Shown here: in pieces, positions 14,331 through 26,200 of the stretch
How the letters are laid out: each line of letters opens with the position of its first letter
Numbering within the stretch: the first letter of the stretch is position 1
NCBI RefSeq assembly: GCF_001194135.2
Contig: NC_069007.1
Coordinates: 3,492,369 to 3,556,368 of the forward strand
From: Octopus bimaculoides
Lineage: Eukaryota
Length of the DNA: 64,000 bases
Reading direction: 5' to 3'
Made by a program: the position numbers and the translations under genes
Notes under the pieces: model-generated
What the model was told of the DNA's origin: nothing
Database searches by the model: none
What the model saw: the letters and a program-made list of their open reading frames with translations, nothing else

Positions 14331-14745
14331 GTAAGAAACGGTCACTGGTTTTACACTCAAACACTATCGCCACCACCACCTTCACCACCACCAACAATAC
14401 AGATAAACAAGGGTGCCCCTATGGTTATTTGACCTGCTGCAAATAACAGCTAAGCAGCAATAGCCTCTAGTTGTCTCATCTTACTTCAAGCATTTACTTT
14501 CAACCTGATGGCTGATGTAAAATATATTTTACTAAGCCAACCTCTATGTCAGCGGTTTCGAATAAGGGGTCCAAGTGACCCTTAAGGGTCTATGTAAGAT
14601 TTTATTGTTAAAATTTGGCTGTGTGGTAAGAAGCTTGCTTCCCAACCACATGGTTCTGGGTTCAGACCCACTGTGTGGCACCTCAGGCAAGTGTTCTACT
14701 ATAGCCTTGTGAGTGGATTTAGTAGATGGAAACTGAAAGGAGCCC

Positions 14746-14804
<59 letters not shown>

Positions 14805-15226
14805 CATACACATGTATTTGTTATTTGTGTTTGTCCTTGTCCCCTTACCACCGCTTGACAACAGATGTTGGTATATTTACGTCCCTGTTACCTAGCGGTT
14901 CGGCAAAAGAGACAAATAGAGTAAGTTCTGGTGATGATGATAATGATATGATGGGGCTTCTTTCAGTTTCTTTCTACCAAATTCACTTACAAAGTTTTGG
15001 TTGGGCCAGCCCTATAGTAGAAGACCCTTGCCCAAGGTCCCCGCTGTCCTGGATATAAAAGTGGAAAGCAAAAGACAGGATGGTCATTCTGGGACATCTT
15101 TTGATCACATGTCTACCCAAGCAAGACTGACCTGGGGCTAAACTACAACAACAGATGTTCCTCGAGTGTTGTTTGTGTTTTATTGTTCTTTTCTTTCTTT
15201 TTTCCCTCTTCTTCTCCTTTCGGCAG

Positions 15227-15368
15227 TCTTCAGAGTTATGTGAGGGAGCAGATACTACAGACAGTTGCTGTCATCTTAAAGAGGGGTACCATCGACGAGA
15301 AGGGAGCAAGCCGCGAGTCATTATTTGATGACGTCACCCGTCTTGTCAGCAGCGGCAATGTCACAATG
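15227..15368 (+). CDS. XPO4: XPO4 exon 4
   Basis: cggcag acceptor, GTGAGT donor; LQSYVREQILQTVAVILKRG. Confidence 0.95.
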
Positions 15369-15759
15369 GTGAGTCTGCAGCGACACAAATTTCCAATCCC
15401 CCCCCTCTTTTTTTTTTTCATTTTAAGCTTTCAGTGTGTGTTTCTTTGTCATCATTTAACTTTACATCTCATCCTTTATAGCAATTCAGTTTACTTCTCT
15501 GTCCAATATAATCCTTATTTATCCACATTGTCTTGAATTAATCATACATAATCCTGTCTCTTTGAGATTTCAATGATGTGACTGTTTATTTTTAGAATGA
15601 CATTGTAGGGTAGGTGTAAGAGGCCAGATCTGGTTGGTTTGAACCTAAAGTAGTTAAATATTTGGGTCAGATATGGTTGGTTTAAATGCTAAAGGGTTAG
15701 TGGCTCTTAATCCATTAATCTTTTTGTTATTGCATTTCTTTAGAAATATTCTGCCTTTG

Positions 15760-16170
15760 ATAAACCTTTTGTTCAATGTTTCTTTGAACCATTGCAAGTC
15801 AACACTAGCAAAAATATGATGAACAGGGAAGGAATCCCAAGAGGCCAACATTGTGAGAAAAAAGGGTTGAACTTAGTGATTAATGCAGGGCCTGGATGTT
15901 GGATACAATAAGGGTGATGCAAAGAGGAGAGACAAGGGGGTTGGAAATGTCTGAGTGGAGATGGAATGAGTGTAGCCAAGCTCTAGGGAACAGGGGCCGG
16001 TATAATAAGAGTTGAAAAGGCAGAGAGAGAAGACAGTGAGTCTGTGAGGTAGAAGCAAAACTATGTTTCTGTGAATGACTTTACGGAATGAGTTTAGTAA
16101 GCTTTGAGGAGCAGAGGCCATTAGAGTAGCAGTGGAAAAGATGGAGAGAAGATACAGTGTGCTTGTGGGC
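15760..16170 (-). mobile_element. CR1/Jockey-like LINE 3' coding remnant
   Basis: LAHKHTVSSLHLFHCYSNGLCSSKL and LPHRLTVFSLCLFNSYYTGPCSLEL-ATLIP...WDSFP resemble post-RT C-termini of CR1/Jockey LINEs; the motif occurs twice. Confidence 0.6.
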
Positions 16171-16247
16171 CAGAAGCCTGACATAAACAGGTTTCTGGTT
16201 CACATGAATGACTTGATGCCAATTTAATATTCTGTTTTTCTTTGCAG

Positions 16248-16364
16248 CAATTGGTTGCCTGTTCCCTGTTAATTGCTCTGTTGAATGAGTATGCTAGCGC
16301 TAGTCGAGCAAGTAGTGTTGGTTTCACTTGGGAGTTCCATTTCAAATGTAAAAGACGCTTTGAG
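16248..16364 (+). CDS. XPO4: XPO4 exon 5
   Basis: tttgcag acceptor, GTAAGT donor; QLVACSLLIALLNEY...EFHFKCKRRFE. Confidence 0.95.
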
Positions 16365-17083
16365 GTAAGTCTACAATTATCATCATCATCATCATCATCA
16401 TTTTCATGTTTGCATGGGTCAGATGGAATCTATTGAGACAGATTTTCTAAGGTTGGATGCCCTTCCTGTCACTCTGCACTTCAATATTTGCTTATAAATA
16501 TGTTCTCAAATATAAGCATATATATATANNNNNNNNNNNNNNNNNNNNNNNNNNNNNNNNNNNNNNNNNNNTATTATCATCATCATCATCATCATAAGCA
16601 TATGTATATCATCACCGTTTAACATTCATTTTCCATGCTGGCATGGGTTGGACGGTTCAACTGGGGTCTGGGAAGCCAAGAGGCTGCACCAGGCCCCAAT
16701 CTGATCTGGCAGTGTTTCTACAGATGGATGCCCTTCCTAACACCAACCACTCCAAGAGTGTAGTGGGAATTTTTCACGTGCCACCGGCACTGGGGCCAGA
16801 GTAGCTGGCATCGGCCACATTTGGATGGTGCTTTTTATGTGCTACTGGCATGGGGCTCACAACTACAATTTCCATTTGATTTGATTTTGATATTGCATTT
16901 TTACCTTCTGTGATTTTATGTATATGTATTATTTTTTATGTGTTTCGGAACCATGGTGATTTTTATATTTGATTAAATGTTTTGAGGGGGTGTTGTATAT
17001 AAAGTCATTGACCCAAATTTAATGTTTGTTCTATAACCAAGGCTTCTTTATATATATATATATAATATTGTTTTGTGTTTCAG

Positions 17084-17240
17084 GAGGAAGATTTAAAGCG
17101 AGTGTTTTTGTTTGCCATTCAAGTCCTCAATGAATTGGAGAAACAACCCAGTCCACTGAGTAGAGAGGCCACAGCTGTGATGAACAGGTTGCTTTCCATA
17201 GCAGAACAAGTCCTGAGTTGGGAGTTTACACCTAAAGCTT
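17084..17240 (+). CDS. XPO4: XPO4 exon 6 (followed by U12 intron)
   Basis: tttcag acceptor; EEDLKRVF...QVLSWEFTPKA; ends at GTATCCTTT. Confidence 0.93.
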
Positions 17241-17461
17241 GTATCCTTTCTCTTCACAAAACTACACCCTTTTTTAAAATTCTCTCTCTGTAAATAAATG
17301 TATTTCAGCAAAATGACAGTCGTCAAAGTATTGGGTAGATTACCTCATGTCATTAATTTTGGTATGGTCCTGTGGTCAGGCCTCCACCAGATCTGAATAT
17401 ACCGAAGACCTACTCTCTCTCTGTCACAATAGTGTCCTTGCCCCATCAGGAGTTGAGGCCC

Positions 17462-17505
<44 letters not shown>

Positions 17506-17571
17506 CAGTCTGTTAAAGTCTGTCATACCGGCCATGACGAAGGGAAATAGCCCTGAAACTCGAGTCGCCTT

Positions 17572-17603
<32 letters not shown>

Positions 17604-18247
17604 TGATCCTTTATATTGAACGCTCAATATTTCATCTACATTCAATACTTTCTTTCATGGTGCCATCCATTTTTATTTAATTTTATTTTATATTATATAT
17701 TGTATATCATATTATATATTGTATATTCCATATTCTATACCCCACATTGGTTCTGCAGGAATATAAATAAAACATAAAAAACAGACAGTGTTGGAACTCT
17801 TTTAAGCAAAATAATATATATATATATATATATATATAATGTATATACACACACACACACACATATATACATATATATGTACATATGGCCAGACATGTTT
17901 TTCACAGAAGGCTGGAAATGAGCAACTTCATTTGTATGATGATGGTGCTTATTTACAATCATCATGTGGCACACACACACACACACACACACAATGCACA
18001 TATATACAATGGGCTTCTTTCAGTTCTTTGTCTGCCAAATCCACACACAAAAGCTTTGATTGGCCTGGGTCTAGAGTAGAAAACATTCGGCCAAGGTGCC
18101 ATGTAGTGAGGATTGAACCCAAGACCCCAATGCTGGGAATCAAGCTTCTGAACCTCACATCCATGCCTAAGTCCACGTGGGGGGGGGGTATGTATTGCAT
18201 AATGTTTTTACAAATTTTTGCTGAGTTTGTTCCTTAATGGTGCCTAG
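17241..18247 (+). other. U12-type (GT-AG) intron 6
   Basis: Donor GTATCCTTT, branch-like TTCCTTAAT at 18230..18238, tag acceptor with no pyrimidine tract; the join restores frame. Confidence 0.88.
17530..17569 (+). ncRNA. Minimal hammerhead-like motif within U12 intron
   Basis: GGC CATGACGA AGGG-aaatag-CCCT GAA ACTCGAGT C GCC; one extra A in the CUGANGA box. Confidence 0.5.
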
Positions 18248-18360
18248 TTTTTCGTCGTTATGTTGGCTGTTTCGAGTCAACACAGAACGTAATTCTACGT
18301 CCAAATGACACTTGGCGAGACACTTTACTGGACGGTGACCTTATGCAGCTTCTGTTTCGC
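18248..18360 (+). CDS. XPO4: XPO4 exon 7
   Basis: FRRYVGCFESTQNVILRPNDTWRDTLLD, matching FESSQNVLLKPTESWRETLLD; GTAAGT donor. Confidence 0.93.
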
Positions 18361-19003
18361 GTAAGTAGAACGTAATTCCTTTATTTTGGGCCTCAACATT
18401 ACCTGATCCCTCCTTTCCTCCTTTCTAACAAAAACCCCAAATCCTTGTTGCTTGAGCTTTCTGGGTCAGTGAGGAATCTGTAACTATTTTCTAAACGTAC
18501 CAGAAATACCAAGTAGATCTCCCTCAAATCATACTTTGTTGTCTTAAATAATTACTTAATCCCTTTTGATACCAACCTATTGAGGACCACCCCTGCGTCT
18601 ATGATACAAAACTTTCTATATAAAGTGATCTAAATTAAAATTCCATGTTAATTTATGTTCCAATTAGCAGTTTATTAATGACCAAGATATGTTAGTATAT
18701 TCTTTGGTCTTTAACTTCCATGTTCTGCCCCTCCCAGCCCTCTACTCCCTTCTCCATCCAAGGCTCTGGACTTTGATTTTTGCATCATCCCCTCACTAAG
18801 TATCTCAAGCCATTTCTAACTGCTAGCTTCAATTTGTTCACTTCCCTCTCCTCCCCATCTCCCACCTACCCTGGGTCCGATTCTAGGTTTTGACCTTTCT
18901 GCTACCTAGACCCCCATTATACCCCTACACCTCCACTCATTCACCTGACCCCCTTCTGATCTTGTATGTTCTTACCTTGGCACATGTTACCATTGTTCCA
19001 CAG

Positions 19004-19161
19004 GTACACAAGAAAGTGCGACACAATTCAGAAATGGCTCACCGTTCCATGCAATGCCTCACACAGCTGGCATCACTGAGTGGACCGATCTTTCCCAATG
19101 ACGCAGCACGTACACAGTTCCTGGCTTCGTATATTGAGAATTTCCTACACATGTTTGGCAG
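19004..19161 (+). CDS. XPO4: XPO4 exon 8
   Basis: ccacag acceptor, GTAAGC donor; VHKKVR...QCLTQLASLSGPIFP. Confidence 0.95.
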
Positions 19162-19967
19162 GTAAGCTTACCATTATTATTATTATTATTATTATTATTG
19201 GAAGGTGGTGAGCTGGTTACATGTTATTTAATTCATTTGCTGGGACCCTGACAGGTGTTACCACTCCAGGTCAGAGTAGACATGAGAACCATTATCATCA
19301 TCGTTTAACGTCCGCTTTCCATGCTAGCATGGGTTGGACGATTTGACTGAGGACTGGTGAGCTAGAAGGCTACACCAGGCTCCAATCTGATTTGGCAGAG
19401 TTTCTACAGCTGGATGCCCTTCCTAACGCCAACCACTCCAAGAATGTAGTGGGTGCTTTTACGTGCCACCGGCACGAAGGCCAGTCAGGCGGTACTGGCA
19501 ACAGCCACGCTCAAAATGGTGTATTTTATGTGCCACCTGCTCAGGAGCCAGTCCAGTGGCACTGGCAACGATCTTGCTCGAATATCTTTACACATGCCAC
19601 CGGCACAAGTGCCAGGAAGGCGACACTGGGCTCAGGTGCCATCACGATTTTGCTTTCGCTTGCCCCAACAGGTCTTCGCAAGCCGAGTTTCGTATACAAT
19701 GAACGAGATGTGATTCCACATTCTTCAAAACTCAGGAACTCTTGAACCAGGGTCTCACTACTGGATGAAGTTTGAGGTCCTACCCAGGACTCGAATTGAC
19801 ACAAAAGCCGAGTATTTCAACAGAAATATGGTAACCGAAGGGTTATTAATGACAAAGATATTTTACTAAATTCATTATTTTCAAAACCATTTGAGACAAA
19901 AGCAAAGTATTTTAATGGAAATATGGTAACGAAAGGGTTAAAAGAAAGCAAGTCACTTTAAGAAAGT

Positions 19968-20180
19968 AAGGGCAGCGAGCTGGCAGAAACGTTAGCACGC
20001 CGGGTGAAATGCTTAGCGGTATTTCGTCTACCGTTACATTCTGTGTTCAAATTCCACCGAGGTCGACTTTGCTTTCATCCTTTCGGGGTCGATTAAATAA
20101 GTACCAGTTATGCACTGGGGTCGATGTAATAGACTTAATCCCTTTGTCTGTCCTTGTTTGTCCCCTCTATGTTTAGCCCC
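19968..20180 (+). mobile_element. Representative copy of second SINE family (ggcagcgagctggcagaaacgttagc...)
   Basis: Repeated at about 8880, 9880, 20200, 22410, 22640, 43950, 58190, 58480, 63070, 63300 in both orientations. Confidence 0.8.
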
Positions 20181-20434
20181 TTGTGGGCAATAAAGAAATA
20201 AGAAACGTTAGCATGCTGGGCGAAATGCTTAACGGTGTTTCATCTGCCGTTACGTTCTGAGTTCAAATTCTGCTGAGGTCGACTATGCCTTTCATCCTTT
20301 CGGGATGTAATCAACTTAATCTGTTTGTCTGTCCTTGTTTGTCCTCTCTATGTTTAGCCCCTTGTGGGCAATAAAGAAATAAGAAAATAAGTCACTTCAA
20401 AAATGATATTCATTTTGTTTTTTTTTAATTCCAG

Positions 20435-20609
20435 CATTGACCTCCAGTACTACGAATACCTCGGAGTTGCTCAAACCATCAAGAATCTTGTGCTTATGTT
20501 TCCACTCGCTTGCTTCACGAGTTTATCTGAGCAATTATTGAATGCCTTCATCAGTCAAATGACCAAGCTGACCTGCTCCCTTTGTAAGAAAGCTGTACAT
20601 GAAGACCTG
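20435..20609 (+). CDS. XPO4: XPO4 exon 9
   Basis: ttccag acceptor, GTAAGT donor; open frame IDLQYYE...VHEDL. Confidence 0.93.
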
Positions 20610-21032
20610 GTAAGTCGAGCATTCTGCACCATTTCAGATTTAGGGTCAACCTATTTGAGGCGTGGGCGACCTCATTTTGAAAAGTGGGCCACACAAGACT
20701 TATCATCATCAGGTGGGCCACACTACTTAAAGAGTTGAAGGTAATTTTGCCATTCTGAGAGTCCCATGGGCAGGGGCCAGGTTAAGACCCACAAAAGCCC
20801 TCAACACTTAAAAGATTTTGTTGTCCCCTTATATATGCAATTCAAAATATAAACAATAATAAACCATAAGATAAATTCCTATTTTTCAAAATGAAGCGAA
20901 ACAAAAACAGTAGGATGGGAAATAATCTCTATTTCTGTATACTTCCACTTCATTTAGATTTGAAGAGTTTTCTCCTCCTTTTTTTTAACTGCAAAGTCTT
21001 TGATCAGATCCTCACTGTTTTGTTTTGTACAG

Positions 21033-21209
21033 ATTAACAAAGATGAAACGATTCACATGGAAGCTTACGAGCGGATGCTGGAAGCATGGATGCAGATAAT
21101 TTCCAACGCACGCAACTTTCCACTTGGCTTTCTGCGGTCACAAGCTGTTGAAGTGTTCAATTCCTACCTGCAGTGTCACCTCAGCCCTCCCGATGGAATA
21201 CGTAACCAG
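21033..21209 (+). CDS. XPO4: XPO4 exon 10 (GC donor)
   Basis: gtacag acceptor; HMEAYERMLEAW...FNSYLQCHLSPPDGIRNQ; followed by GCAAGT. Confidence 0.9.
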
Positions 21210-22091
21210 GCAAGTAGTTTCACACACACACACACCTGTATGTGTATGTGCAGGTCATCACCATTATTTAATATCTTCTCTTTCCACGTTTGAATGAACC
21301 AGACAGAATCTGTTGAGGCAGATCTTCTACATTGGGGGCAGACACCCAACATGGATCATCTTAGTGGTCATGGGGATGTTACAGCTTATTGTTGCTATTT
21401 TCCCAGCCTTCATGTCCAAGTTGAGAATCTCATCGAATGTCTAGTCAAGTGGGTGCAGGAGTGGCTGTGTGGCTCACCAACCACATGGTCCTGGGTTCAA
21501 TGCCACTGCATGGCACCTTGGGCAAGTGTCTTTTACTATAACTTAGGGCCAACCAAAGCCTTGTGAGTAGATTTGGTAGACGGAAACTGAAAGAAGCCCA
21601 TCGTATATGTATGTATATGTTTGTGTGTCTGTGTTTGTCCCCCCACTATCGCTTGATAACTGATGCTGGTGTGTTTATGTCCCAATAACTTAGCAGTTCA
21701 CCAAAAGAGACCTATAGAATAAGTACCAGGCTTACAAAGAATAAGCAGGTGGGGCCTAGTAAAAATTTTCTTCAGGTCAAGTAGCCTATCCGACTCAAAA
21801 GGTCCCTGAATAAGGGTTGTTTAAGGATGTTGAACAAAAACACCCATGTTTCCATAGGTGAATTATTCAAACCCCAAAGAATTCCTCTCAACACATGGCT
21901 ATGATGCTCCCCCACTACTTCTGCTCGTGATCAGAGATGCATATATTGTCAGCCGCTAAGGGACATGCTCAACTGGTTAAGGTCAAACAACTGACAAGCA
22001 AATCTGTGGTATTGAGCAGAATATTTGCTGTAGCCCATCTTTTATTATTATTATTATTATTCTATATGGAATCGTATATGTTTGATTATAG

Positions 22092-22231
22092 ATTTTAGGA
22101 AACGATGTGATTGAAGATGATGAAATTGAGGAACTCGACGAAGATGACCGAGAAAAGTTTAATGATCAACTAAGCAGCATCGGTTCCTTGGGCCGCCTTG
22201 TTGCTGACCACACAGTCCCATTGATGGCCAA
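22092..22231 (+). CDS. XPO4: XPO4 exon 11
   Basis: DEIEELDEDDREKFNDQLSSIGSLGR; GTAAGT donor. The 5' boundary (ttatag) was chosen for phase 0; an alternative acceptor at 22098 exists. Confidence 0.88.
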
Positions 22232-22342
22232 GTAAGTTGGTTTATTTCTTTTTGATGTCCCTTAAGCACATTAACAACAGCAACCCAACTCCCACCTTTT
22301 CAAACTTTGCAAATTTCTGTCAAGTGACACAATTATTATCAT

Positions 22343-22378
<36 letters not shown>

Positions 22379-23097
22379 TATTAGTATTATTATTATTATT
22401 ATTGAGGTGGTGAGCTAGCAGAATTGTTAGTATGTCAGACAAATTGCTGCCAAGCATTTTGTCCATCTTTACATTGTGAGTTCAAATTCCAGTGAAGTTG
22501 ACTTTGCCTTTCATCCTTTAAAGGTCGATAAAATAAGTACCAGTTGTGTACTGGGGTTGAGGTAATCGCCTTAGCCCCTCTCCAAAGTTGCTGGCCTTGT
22601 GCCAAAATTTAAACAAATTTTTGTAATTTCTAAGGTGGTGGGCTAATCAGAATTGTTTGCAAGTCGGACAAAAATGCTTTGTAACATTTTGTTCATTTTT
22701 ACGTTCTGAGTTCAAATTCCACTGAGGTCAACTTTGCCTTTCATCCTTTCGGGAGCCCGGGTCGATAAAATAAGTAACAGTTGAAAACTGGGGTCAATGT
22801 AATCAACTCAACCCCTCCCCCAAAATTGCTGGCCTTGTACCAAAATTAGAAACCAATATTTCACCAACCCTCATATACTTAAAGTGAAAGTGAAAGTTAA
22901 ACAAAGTCTAGTGGTCAAGTTGTTTAGTAGTTGTGGTTACAAGTTTGTTGTTGTCCGTTAAGATAAAAATGAAATTTTCCCAGGAACAAAATATCCGTTG
23001 TCAAATTAGTCAGCACTGAATCAGTGGCAGCAAATAGACTGTGCCAAACTGTCTCATACCCTTTGGTTAAACTACTACTATTTGTGTTGCATTTCAG

Positions 23098-23252
23098 GTT
23101 GATTGAGGACCGAGTGAACCAGTTCAACAACCAGCTACAACTACTTCAACAGATGAGGGCCGCACAGAACATGAACAGTTCCAACATATCGATAAACGAG
23201 GAATTGTTTAAGGTTTTGCATGAAGACTTACATTGGTTGATTCTTATTGCTG
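23098..23252 (+). CDS. XPO4: XPO4 exon 12
   Basis: tttcag acceptor, GTAAGT donor; LIEDRV...LHEDLHWLILIA. Confidence 0.95.
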
Positions 23253-24022
23253 GTAAGTTAAGTTCTTCCTAATGGCATTTATCTGTGTGTGTGTGTGTGT
23301 ATGTGAGTAAAAGTTTTGGTTGCTGATAACTTGATTTTGTGTCCAGTTTCTTTGCATGACACCTTGAGCGTCTTCTACTATAGCCCCAGGCCAACTGAAG
23401 CCTTGTGAGCGGTTTTGATAGATGGAAATTGAAAGAAACCCATTGTGTGTATGGATGTGTGTGTCCTTGTATTGACATTTCATGATAGTTGTAAACGAGT
23501 GTCACTGTCATACAAGCAGTGTTATTTGTTTCCAATTTCCTGCACAAATATTGTCTGGTCATAGAGAAAGTATCACCTTGCTTGGAAACAGGTGAGGGAT
23601 GAAGACAGGAATGGCATCTGGCCATCGGAAACAATCTGACTCAGTGGACTCTGTCCAACCCATGAAAAAATGGACATTAAAACGATGACAATGATGAGGA
23701 TGAGAAGGATGATGATGATGGATCAATGGATGTGTGTGTATGTCTGTATATGTATGTATGTGTGTGTGTTTATGTGTGTGTATTGATGTATGTGTTAGTA
23801 TCTTCTTGCCTTGACATCATGACTGGATCATGGGAAAATATTATCTCTCCTTGAAAGAAATAAAAGTTGGCAAAGGAAGAAAATTTGCCCCCAACAAAAA
23901 TTCTGTCCAACCCATGCAAAACATGGAAAAGTGGACCATTAAACCAATGCTAATAATGATGGTGTGTGTTTGTATGTGCATTATGTACAGTATGTATTTC
24001 TTGTGTTTCTCTGTTGCAACAG

Positions 24023-24203
24023 GTCACCTATTAACAGAGGAGTGTGAAGGGGACACGCCTTTGATTCCTGCAGACATCATGGAGTATTCCATCTCACAGG
24101 AACCCTCTGTCAACCTTGATATCACCCTCAGAGTTCTTGGCAGCCCATCAGAGCGGCTGGAGAATATTCCTGGGAGTGAACAAGGAACTGATAATGTAGT
24201 CAG
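24023..24203 (+). CDS. XPO4: XPO4 exon 13
   Basis: caacag acceptor, GTAAGG donor; EGDTPLIPADIMEYSI...LGSP. Confidence 0.95.
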
Positions 24204-24434
24204 GTAAGGAAACTCGACAGCTTCACATATATATATATATGCGTGTGTGTGTATATGTTTGTGTCTGCGTTTGTCCCCAACAGAATAAGTACCAGGCTTA
24301 AAAAAGTTCTTCAAGGTGTTGCCCCAGCATGGCTGCCGTCTAATGACTGAAACAAGTAAAAGATACAAGACGAATGTGTTTTAATTGCATGTGAATCTGT
24401 CTGCCCCTTCTTCAGCTTTTTATTCCCTTTTCAG

Positions 24435-24594
24435 GTTAGTGTCGGCTGTGTTTAAGGTGTGTGACATCCATCGACAGGCAATCGAAGCTCGTCTGGCCGA
24501 CTGCCTCAGTCCGCAGGTGGGCAGCACTGTTATGTGGTTTCTGCAACGATGGGCAGTGTCTTACCTGTTACCAGATGAAAGCTGTTATCCTCAG
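24435..24594 (+). CDS. XPO4: XPO4 exon 14
   Basis: tttcag acceptor, GTAAGT donor; LSPQVGSTVMWFLQRWAVSYLL. Confidence 0.95.
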
Positions 24595-25347
24595 GTAAGT
24601 CCATCTTTTATTCTGTACCTTCCATCATATCTTCTGTTAACCCTTTTGCATTTAAACCAATCCTGTTCTGGCCAAAATATTGAACTTATTCAATGTTCAA
24701 TCCAGCCTCTCGTTATCTCTCTGTGATGCCATTCTAAAAATAATCACATCATTGAAAGTCGTCTCCCAAATTTTTCGGTGTTTGTCGTTTGGTTATGTTC
24801 CGTACGTTTTTAGTGTCTGTTCTTGCTTTTGGTCATCAATGATTGAGTTATATAACCAAAGGAATACAATTGTGAACACAAGTGGCCAAAATGTTCTGTT
24901 GAGGCACAGGTGTGGCTGTGTGGTAAGGAGTTTCCTTCTCAACCACATGGTTCCAGGTTCAGTCCTACTGTGTGGCACCTTGGGCAAGGTTCTTCTACTA
25001 TAGCCTCAAGCTGAGTCGATTTGGTAGACAAAAAGTGAAAGAAGCCCATCATATATATATATATATATCTGTGTGTGTGTTTGTCTCTCACCACCACATG
25101 ACAATCGGTGTCGGTGTGTTTACATCCCTGTAACTTGGTGGTTTGGCAAAAGCAACTAATAGAATAAGTACGAAGCTTTAAAAAAAATTAGTGCCGGGGG
25201 TTGATTGGTTCAACTAAAATTCTTCAGGCAGTGCTCCAGCATGGCCACAGTCCAATGGACTGAAACAAGTAAAAGATAAAAGTTCTCACTCTCTCTCTCT
25301 CTCTCCCTCTCTATGTTACCTTACTGTTGTCTCCTCTTCTTCCTCAG

Positions 25348-25517
25348 ATCAGTATGGCTATAGTTTCCGCCTTTGGACGGGACACAACTGCCTCTCAGTG
25401 GGCAGTCGACTTCCTCCTGGGACGGATCAACTCAAACCTATCCATTTGGAGCGCTGAGGAGCAACTGATGAATGACTCATTGCGGCTGTTGGTGGCCCTA
25501 GTGGAAAATAAACCAAG
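25348..25517 (+). CDS. XPO4: XPO4 exon 15
   Basis: cctcag acceptor, GTATGT donor; AFGRDT...SNLSIWSAE...LLVALVE. Confidence 0.95.
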
Positions 25518-25924
25518 GTATGTAAACCACTAACTTCGTCCAAGACTTTGTTATTCCCTTCGGGGTCACTCGTCATCGTCATCAATTTAACGTCCACCTT
25601 TCTGTGTTTTTCAATGTTGAAGACACCGAATAAAAGACTGGAATATCTTTGGGAGTCTGCTGGATGAAGGCAGTCCTAGGGTTAAACAGTTATTGATATT
25701 AGTGTTGAAAACAAGGCAGTGAGCTGGCAGAATTGTCAGAGCGTAGAGACGGACGGAATGATGTGAGTATTAAGTCCGGAATGCTGAGTTCGAATTGCAC
25801 CAAGGTCAACTCTGCCTTTTATCCTTTCTCTGTCAATAAAATAAGTACCAGTTGAGCACGGGTTGATGTAATTAGCTTACCCGCTTCCCCTGAAGTTGCT
25901 GGCCTTGTGCCAAAATTTGAAACC

Positions 25925-26200
25925 ATTACCTCGCCCTTAGCGAAGGTGGAGGGATTTTCAGTCATGTTTGTTTGTTTGTCCATGGACAAGATATCTCAAG
26001 AACTGCTGGATGGATTTGTATGAAAATTTCAGGGATGTTTGGCCTCATGACTGGCACAAATTGATCAGATTTAGGGATCGATCTGGATTATCGATTATTT
26101 TACCTTTTGTTTGATAACTAAATATGAAAGCTTATCCTGATCAAATTCTGTTCCCTCATCTCATGAGAATGTGGTGACCGTTTCTGTTTCTCGATGTCAT
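25925..26200 (+). mobile_element. Possible non-autonomous Helentron/DINE-1-like element
   Basis: attacctcgcccttagcgaaggtggagg start followed by gtttgtttgtttgtcc, the layout of DINE-1-like elements; resemblance only. Confidence 0.35.

Noticed and set aside
19392-19745. Recurring AEFLQLDALPNANHS ORFs (also 36212, 50682, 59474)
   Set aside because: Antisense translation of a SINE/RTE tail, not a protein family.
25640-25720. WNIFGSLLDEGSPRVKQLLILVL as the missing XPO4 exon
   Set aside because: Poor similarity, no acceptor, bounded by stops.
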